DNA of 63,998 bases, counting the filler, from Pirum gemmata (lineage: Eukaryota), in assembly GCA_002812295.1 (NCBI GenBank). It is 9 parts of 9 records of this genome, joined end to end, with 100 filler letters (N's around TTAATTAATTAA, not from the genome) between each part and the next. Parts side by side here need not be neighbours in the genome. Positions count along the whole stretch, not along the records: positions 49,915 to 56,990 come from PDIN01000199.1; positions 57,091 to 63,998 come from PDIN01000201.1; 7 more parts are not named here. One strand, 5' to 3'. Numbering within the stretch: the first letter of the stretch is position 1; every line of letters starts with the position of its first letter. Below are positions 55,837 through 63,998 of this stretch, one piece after another. The position numbers were made by a program, and so were the translations under genes. The notes below the pieces were generated by a model, which was given only the letters and a program-made list of their open reading frames with translations, did not search any database and was not told where the DNA came from.

Positions 55837-56468
55837 TTAAGGAGGCTTCATCAAACGATGGACTCGAAGAGTACAATCATTACTACCTGTTACACATAGA
55901 TTTGAAGCTTCACTCCAATCAATACACGTTACACTCGAATAGTGCCCATCTAGCAAAAGGATAGGTGTGAGATTACTCGCCTAATGATTTTAGTTATTCA
56001 AAGTTAGGTAAACAAAGGTAATAATGATAATCAGTACTAACAATCAGCAACAGCGACAGCAACAGCAAAATCATAACAATCATACTAATAATAGGGATAA
56101 TATTAATATAGGGAAAATAAAGAAAATATAAAAATTTACAAAAACAACAATAACAAACAACAGCAACAACAATAACTACAAAGCGTACTTGGTAAATTAG
56201 GCCATAGTTGTCTGGCGAAGACACGGCCATATATTCTCCTACAAAAATGATATATATATATATATATATCTATATATTAACAAAGTTAAGTTTATGATTG
56301 CGATAGGATTAACATAAAAGAGCAAATATGCAATAAATAGGATTCAAATTAGCAAGTCTGAAGGTTTAAGAGAATACATAACATCCACTTACAAACATAA
56401 ATCAATATATTACCTTCATTGTCGAGACAGAGCGTTCTTGAGAAATACTTTTGCAAAGCTCTCTTACC
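55837..56468 (-). CDS. WD40 protein, WDR91-like, last three exons (56468-56414, 56238-56189, 55980-55837)
   Basis: Spliced product LCLDNEGEYMAVSSPDNYGLIYQ..LLLDGHYSSVTCIDWS..CVTGSNDCTLRV resembles the WDR91 C-terminus as recalled; convergent with the RhoGAP. Confidence 0.8.
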
Positions 56469-56894
56469 CTTTTTAATTAGAAATAAATAAAAGCAACAAA
56501 GTTAATAATATAATTATAACCTATACGCAACGATAACCTTCCCTGTAATACAACGACAGGAAAGTAAAACAAATAATAAAGCAATTACTCGCATTTCAAA
56601 TAGAAGGAACAAAAAGGTAATTTGAAGGAAAAGGCGAGGAACTGATCATAATAGTGAAATTAGCGTTGCGATAATTATGTCGACAACTACAATTCGCTAA
56701 TGTTGCTATATAAGGGTTGTTTACGTTTGTAGTTACATCGAAGAGTAGTACGCGAGTAACACAAGCAAAGTGGTAAAAATTTATCTCCGAAACTGAAATG
56801 AGCGTGGTAAAACAGTGAGCGGACATAAGACGATGGTAGAGCAAAATAACATTTAAGCTGATAGTGTTATGGTGGTGGTGGTGGTGGTAAAATG

Positions 56895-56943
<49 letters not shown>

Positions 56944-57090
56944 ACGTAGTAGTAGTTGTAGCAGTAGTAGTAGTAGTAGTAGTAGTAGTANNNNNNNNNN
57001 NNNNNNNNNNNNNNNNNNNNNNNNNNNNNNNNNNTTAATTAATTAANNNNNNNNNNNNNNNNNNNNNNNNNNNNNNNNNNNNNNNNNNNN

Positions 57091-57123
<33 letters not shown>

Positions 57124-58226
57124 CATCAAAAAAGGAACAAATAATTTTTTTTTTAAAAAAAAAAAGATATAGGCTATTACTATTTTAGGCTATCAATTAG
57201 ACTTTTTTCGGCAGAGGCCCTTGCTACCTAACCCTTGCTACTCTAGTAGACTTCTAGTAGCTAGCTAGCTAGCTAGAGAGCTAGCCTAAGTTGCTGGCTA
57301 GCTAGCTATCATAGTAGGCTGGCTCCTAAAATCATCCAAAAGTAGGACGTTTATACTGTTTGCACAATACTAGCTACCGGTAGCTAGACTCTAGCTAGCT
57401 AGCTAGTAAGACAGTTTAGTAGACTCAAATAAAGTGCTCAAAAAAAAAACAAAAAATGCAGGTTGAGCGATTCTGCAGCAAAGGCTCACTCATAGTTTCA
57501 CTGTGATCTTTCTTGGATCAAAGTTATGCTTAGTTGACGTCACCCTTTGACTCTTCGGTTCACTCTTCTAAGAGTCTTCTTAGACACTTCTTAGACTCTT
57601 CTTTTACTGTAGTGGATCTCCATACTGGAATGTGAAAACTGGAAATGCAAAATTGGTGAGCCAAGTTCCATTAACTTCCATAACTTTCATAGCTACTTTC
57701 ATATACTCGATAAAAAAAACTGTAACATAGAGCAAGTAATAAATTTTATACTACATACATAATTGCGAAGTAGAATTGATAATTACGAAAATATATTATA
57801 ATTATAGTTATTGATTAATAATGTATTCATATAAAATTATAATTTTTATCTGGCTTCAATGGCTGATAATAATAATAATAATAATTCATATGCATATAAT
57901 ATGTTATCGTATAATTATATAATATTCTATTTATTTTTATTGTTCGGTTAAGTAGCACGTAACAAAAAGCATAATGAGCTGCTAGGAGGTCGAGCTCGAT
58001 TGTAGCTGGAGTATATATTTTGAAATGAAATTATTATATTGTAAACTGGGTGTGTTCACTTTGATATTATATTTTTTTCGTTTTTTATGATACGTTGATT
58101 ATAGAATGAACTGAGAAAAATTAGCAAAAAAATATTATCAATAAATTACTGATACTGTAGAATATAATAATTATACTACTATCTGATATTATAGTACTAT
58201 TATACTAGACCTATATAATATATATA

Positions 58227-58456
58227 GACACTTTATGCGATAAAAAGTGATAAAAGTACGAATACTGGCACTTTTGTATCCACACGCTTGGGCTAAAGTA
58301 GGATAGACATTTATTGACTATTGCTTGATCCTCCTTCCTGTCCATAGCTGACCCATACACAGGTACTCATATACTAAATATAGTAACTGAATACAAAAGT
58401 GCCAGTATTCGTACTTTTACAGCGTACTTTTATCACTTTTTATCGCATAAAGTGTC
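58227..58456. mobile_element. Fold-back element family F in a (TA)n context
   Basis: TA|GACACTTTATGCGATAAAAAGTGATAAAAGTACGAATACTGGCACTTTTGTAT with its inverted copy ending ...TATCGCATAAAGTGTC|TA. Confidence 0.85.
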
Positions 58457-61400
58457 TATATATATATTATATATTGTTATTATTTATTAACTTATATTAT
58501 ATTATATTGCTATAATTAATGTTGAGATGACGATTATTACAATTTAAGGTCAAAAGAATTATCATCAACTTTATAGTAACTTTATTATCTATAGTTTATA
58601 ATATTTGTTTTTATCGATTACGTTTTTTTATAACTTTTTTATATAATATACTTCTCGTTTTTTAATCGTGTAACTAATATAGTAGTGAATTATTTCTCTC
58701 GTATTATTGAATGATTGATGATAAACCGATGATAACAATATTATGATAAATTGATCAAGTTTAGTTCAAGTTTATTATACCGTATATATAATTGAGCCTT
58801 ACTTGTTTACACATTTTTTACTCAGTAATTTTTTACTAATTTTTTTATCATAGCTGTTTTTTTTAGGGGTGGGGGCAAGCTAGAGATAAACCAAGCTGAA
58901 GCAGAGTTTGAACTTGGAAGCCCCTGCTGCCGGCCTATATATAAGAAGGATCTTGGGATCTGTGAGGTTTAATGATAGACCATCTAGACTGTGATAGGAG
59001 CTATCTAGGGCATCAGATAGACTCTTCTGAGTCAAGAAATAAATGAGTCATTTTTTTTATCATTCTTTTTGGGCATCATTTGGTTTGTATTTGGTTAGAC
59101 TATCCCTTTCCATTCAATATTTCATAGGTTGCTAGCTAGCTAGCTAGAATCATATGATATTGTTACACAGCTTGTTACACAATGTATAGTAGAATCACGA
59201 GACACGGGAACTGTTACCACAGTATGAGTAGTAGTTCTCATGGTAGAATGAGCTGTAGAATATAGCCCCTCTTAGACTTTTTATCTCTAGGACTTTTTAT
59301 CGCTGGGTAAAAATTAATTTTAAAGCAAATACAAAAACAAAAACAAAACTAAAAACAAAACCGAAAACAAAACCAAAACCAAAACCAAAAACAAAATAAA
59401 ACCAAACCAAAACAAAATAATAAAATAATAAATAGTACCACGGTAAAACTTGGGTGAAATTAGTGTGAAATTGAATTTTCTCCCCACACAAAATAACCGA
59501 TAAAAGGAGACTGTATAAATTGGGCTGGGACTTCTTGTGGAGTCAATGTACCAACATTTATAAGAGTTATTTGCCACAAAATGTAAACAAAAAGTTCACA
59601 ATACTTCACACACACAATAAAAACGTTATTCTTGCAAATCATTCTTTTATTTACTAAAGCATTGGTATCATGATAATGATTTCGGTATCAGTTCTATCGA
59701 TAGTTTAAAAAGTTAAAAATATGTAAAAAAAAAACCCTAGAAAAAACCCCCAGCAAAAAAAATATTAGACCATAATATTATATTTATTAGAGTAATAATA
59801 GAAGAGTATGTAAAAAAACCCCCCAGCAAAAAAATATTAGAGCATAATATTTTACATTTATTTATTAGAGCAATAATAGATGAGCTATACATAATACAAT
59901 AATAGGGAATAATAGCTAATGTAATTTTTATGTCATTCAAATACTGGTATTATAACTACCAAGCCGGATAAAAATGGCGATATCTGCCATACGAGCTCAA
60001 AATCCAAAAAATCTCAAAATGATTCAATTTTAATAAAAGTACTACCAAATTTTGAGAAATCGTTTAATTCAGAAAATGGTATTATGAGTCAATGGCTATG
60101 GTTTTTAAAAATAATTTGGCTAGTTAGAATTTAGCATTTAAGATTTTTAGAAAAGAAGTCTAAACATTTTGACATAATATTATCATGAAGAATATCATTC
60201 AATGTATTTTCAGTATTTGTATCATTTAAATTAAGTAAAACATCCATTCTATTTATCAGATAAACTAGTTTTCCATTTTACTTTTAAAATTGGTAAACGT
60301 TTCAATAATAATTTTTGGAACACCTTATATAATTATATGATATAGCAAAAAAATGGTTAAACACCCTGTTCGAATTTTTCGAGCCAACAATAGTTTTTTT
60401 TTTTTCTCTTTTTTTTTTCACTTTTTTTTTTTTCACTTTCACTTTCACTTTCCAGAGCCCTTTCCGTCTTTCCCAATAATCAGTTCTTATCATCACTATT
60501 AAAATGTTTTAAAAAAGTTTTGGTTTAAAAATCACTATTTTACTTATTACACACATTAAGTTTTTATAATAATCAGTTCTTATCATCACTATTATTAAAA
60601 TGTTTTAAAAGTTTTGGTTTAAAAATCACTATTTTACTTATTACACACTTTTGAGTTTTTATAATAAAAACTCGACATGTCTTCACTTTCGTGCAAAGTT
60701 TGATACCAAGGGAATAGTTTCAGCTCTTGTCTTTCAAATGCTTTCGAATATGTTAAACTACAGTTTAACTACTATCATAGCCAGAGATAAACTTATACTT
60801 AAAGCCCCAAATTAAAACTTAATTTTAAAGCCCGGAAAACGGCCATAAGGAATTTTTTCGATAGCTCTTTTAGTAGTTCTTTTATAATGATAGTTCTCGA
60901 GAAATTTGGCAGGTAGCAGTTTTAGTAGCCCAAGTATCATACCCGCCTATGGGTTCATGTAGCTGCTAAACATCTAATCAAAAAAATTTCATCAAAGCAC
61001 TAACGATGATTGCTCTTCTAGTATCATACTGTATCATAGTTAGCAGCTACGTAGCTACTACTATCAGATAGCTAGTATGATTATGTCATATGATAGAAGT
61101 ATCGTCTCAGAGTATCGTCTATTTTATATTACAGCTAGCTAGCTAGCTACTATAGAGACTACAAGTATTAGTGTGTGTGGTAGTATGATAATTTATGATA
61201 CCCACGATAGCAATACTACACCTATACCTACTAATCTATCATACTCTACCAGTCTCTACCACTACTATAGTAGCTAGTCCCCAGTCTCTTGCCCCAGTCA
61301 GCTGCTAGCTAGCTAGCTAGCTAGCTATCTAGTAGCTAGTAGTAGACTAGTATTGATCTTCTAGCTAGCTAGACTAGCTAGTCCTAGCTACTAGCTAGCT

Positions 61401-61476
61401 ATGAAAACTGTCTACTACTATCAGATAGCTAGCTAGCTAGTAGTAGACAGTCCTACGATAGCTAGAGTAGCTATAG

Positions 61477-61530
<54 letters not shown>

Positions 61531-61726
61531 TAATAATAATAATTATAACAATAACAATAATAATAATATAATAATAATCATAATCATAATAATAATAATA
61601 ATAATTAATCATATATACAGACCTGTATAATATTATAGCTAGAGCCTACAGTGCTAGCTAGCTAGGTAATAATCGTAAATATATAAACTTACTTTATTGA
61701 AAAATGAATTGTTATAATATAAATAG

Positions 61727-63125
61727 TTATAAGATGTCGCACCCAAGTGATTTCTTTTCGTAGCATCGCACGCAGATGGCAATTTGCCACTTGCAAAACA
61801 AACAGATAAAAGACGATCTGAAATTTGAAAATAGTTTACCATCGCACCCCACACTGTTAGAGTCGCACATCGCTGTGATAGCTTGTAGAGTAGGGTCATT
61901 TTCTCTTGTTCTCATATAACAGAGAAAAGTTAACTGTCCCAACAAGGTAGGCATCGGTTAACCGCAAGAGTAATATCAATATCACCCCGAGTAACAAGGG
62001 ATAGATAAAGCAAGTAACCTACTGTAGCCCGAAAAAGCGTATGAGTGTCCGAGTCAATTGTAAACCGGGTATCGAAAACTAAAAAGTGAAACACTTCTTC
62101 ATGTGCTCTGGAAATAAAAGAGGTAAAGACCCAAATGCACCCCTATTGTCTTCAGGTGGTACCTTAGTAAAACGCATGGTTTCTTCTTAGCATGATGTTG
62201 TTTTTCAGCATAATAACCTGCTGCCATGAGAATTTGTACAAGACATAGCCTGAGCGTGAGTATCAGGTGTAAATACATTGAACCTTGGTATAGTTTTCAG
62301 GTAGTACCTTAGTAAAACGCATAGTTTCTTCTTAATTGACATGATCTTGCTTTTCAGTATAATAACCTGCTACCATGAGAAGTTACACAAGATATAATCT
62401 GAGCGTGAGTATCAGGTGTAAATATCTTGAACCTTGAAATTGGAAAAGAGGAGCTGGATGAAAAGCCAAATCAAATTGCTAAATTTTGGTAGCTCTTTTG
62501 GATAAATGAGAAGGGTTCTCATTATTCGCTTCTAGCTAGAGAACCAGATTCATCATCATTCGATTGTTTATTCCATCATCATATCCCGTGACGATGTATT
62601 GCGAAGCCGGAGTACCAGATTAGAGATCCAGACAGAGAGGTGTCAGTTTTTCGAGACCCGAGCTTGAAGAATCCAGTAGTTAATTAATACAAACTAAAAT
62701 CTCGAGTAGAAACGGATTTGTTTGGTTCGACATAACAAACACGATAGCAATTGTGTGCGTGATCGAAACCAAACAAAAAAACATTTTCGCTTCCACTAAA
62801 ATCAAATGCTTTTGGAAAGCTAACATAGACTCCAATAGACTATGATACAACCAGATCTAGAGTGAACACGTTTCACATATAATAGCCATTCGATTTTTGG
62901 TGGGAATAGTGTTTAGCCCACACTAATAAGTAAAATCGAAAGATTGACCAAAACTCCCATAAGGATCGAATTTGTCATCATTTTTGAAATTAATATTATA
63001 GCAGAGCAGTACCCCGAAATTGCAAGTTTGGAGTGAAGTGGCTCAACTACCAACTCCATTGTTAATAGTGCCACTGTTCAATCTTAGGACCCATTTATTG
63101 TAAACACGATTGAAATACTTCCCTG
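61727..63125 (-). pseudogene. Degenerate intronless coding remnant of unknown family, with a ~150-bp internal duplication (62158-62287 / 62304-62433)
   Basis: GC-richer island with long partly open minus-strand frames broken by stops and small insertions. Confidence 0.45.
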
Positions 63126-63620
63126 TAGTTTATGTTATATATTTGATAAATGTATATCGATTACTGCTAAAAAATCAGTTAATAACAATTAATAACAAGA
63201 TTTATTTTATATTATTTATTAAAATATAAATAATTATATGGGATTTTAATTTGTTGATTAAAAAATTCATTGACTTTTAATAAATAAGATGTGGTTTTAT
63301 ATTGTAACTAAGATGCATATGAGTTTTATATTATTTATTAATATAGGCAATTTTATGAAATTCTAATTCAATTTTGTTGATTCAAAAATTCATTATTTAA
63401 TAAATATTAATTAATTAAGAAGTGGTTTTATAATATTTATTAATATAAATATGAAAATAGATTTTTACTTTGTTATTATAATAATTTAAAAAAACGAATT
63501 TTGTTTTATGATATGTGAAGTTTCTATTTACAAAAAATAATAATATTATTGATTTATTATTTATTCGTGGTTATCGATAAGTTTTTCTTAACTTTCTCGG
63601 ATTGATCAGTAGACACAAGT

Positions 63621-63651
<31 letters not shown>

Positions 63652-63998
63652 TGATTTATATTAATTTAAATTTATATTTCAAATGATTTGCTAAAAAACT
63701 TATTTAGAAATTTGTGATAATAAACGAATGATTGTTTTGTTATATTATAATAATAAACTCATTTGTTAGTTTGTATTATATTTCTAATTTAAGTAATTTT
63801 ACTTTAATTAAAATTAGTTATTGGATGATTTTGACTGATTTCGTAAATCAATACCCACCCGAGGTTATCCAGAGTATTTGGTGTCAATAGATTATTGGAA
63901 GATTTTATGATATATAATTATTAATTAATTGTTTATAATAATAATTATGATAGTTAATTATTGTTTTTATAATTAAGTTGTTTTTATAATTTTATTTT

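Noticed and set aside
62261..62420. TATCAGGTGTA resembling a mariner TIR start, twice
   Set aside because: Both are in the same orientation within a local tandem duplication; no inverted partner seen

Overview
This window is not contiguous. It is nine ~6.9-7.2 kb contigs joined by an artificial 100-nt spacer (N44-TTAATTAATTAA-N44). The DNA is very AT-rich, intron-rich eukaryotic DNA with the standard code, GT-AG introns and TTAGGG repeats. The gene content suggests a holozoan, possibly unicellular (inference). Intact spliced genes read by hand: 3' part of an attractin/MEGF8-family gene, an ARHGAP19-like RhoGAP, 3' end of a WDR91-like gene, and last exon of an LCM-family SAM methyltransferase. 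The rest is transposon-derived: a degenerate LINE, two Copia remnants, a non-autonomous LTR element carrying a 40-aa tandem-repeat ORF, about ten MITE/fold-back families, satellites, interstitial telomeric tracts and pseudogenes, including an intronless metallopeptidase that looks bacterial or giant-viral. The most unusual signal is that non-genic DNA is saturated with short TA-(1-6 nt)-TA motifs (TATCATA, TATCGATA, TAGACTA, TAGAGTA, TAGCTA, TACCGGTA, TATCAGATA) and (CTAG)n runs. Their cores match the termini of TA-flanked inverted-repeat elements in the same window, and some are visible as insertions between paired repeats. This suggests massive accumulation of transposon excision footprints that largely spares the genic regions. 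All family assignments are from memory of protein motifs; no searches were run.
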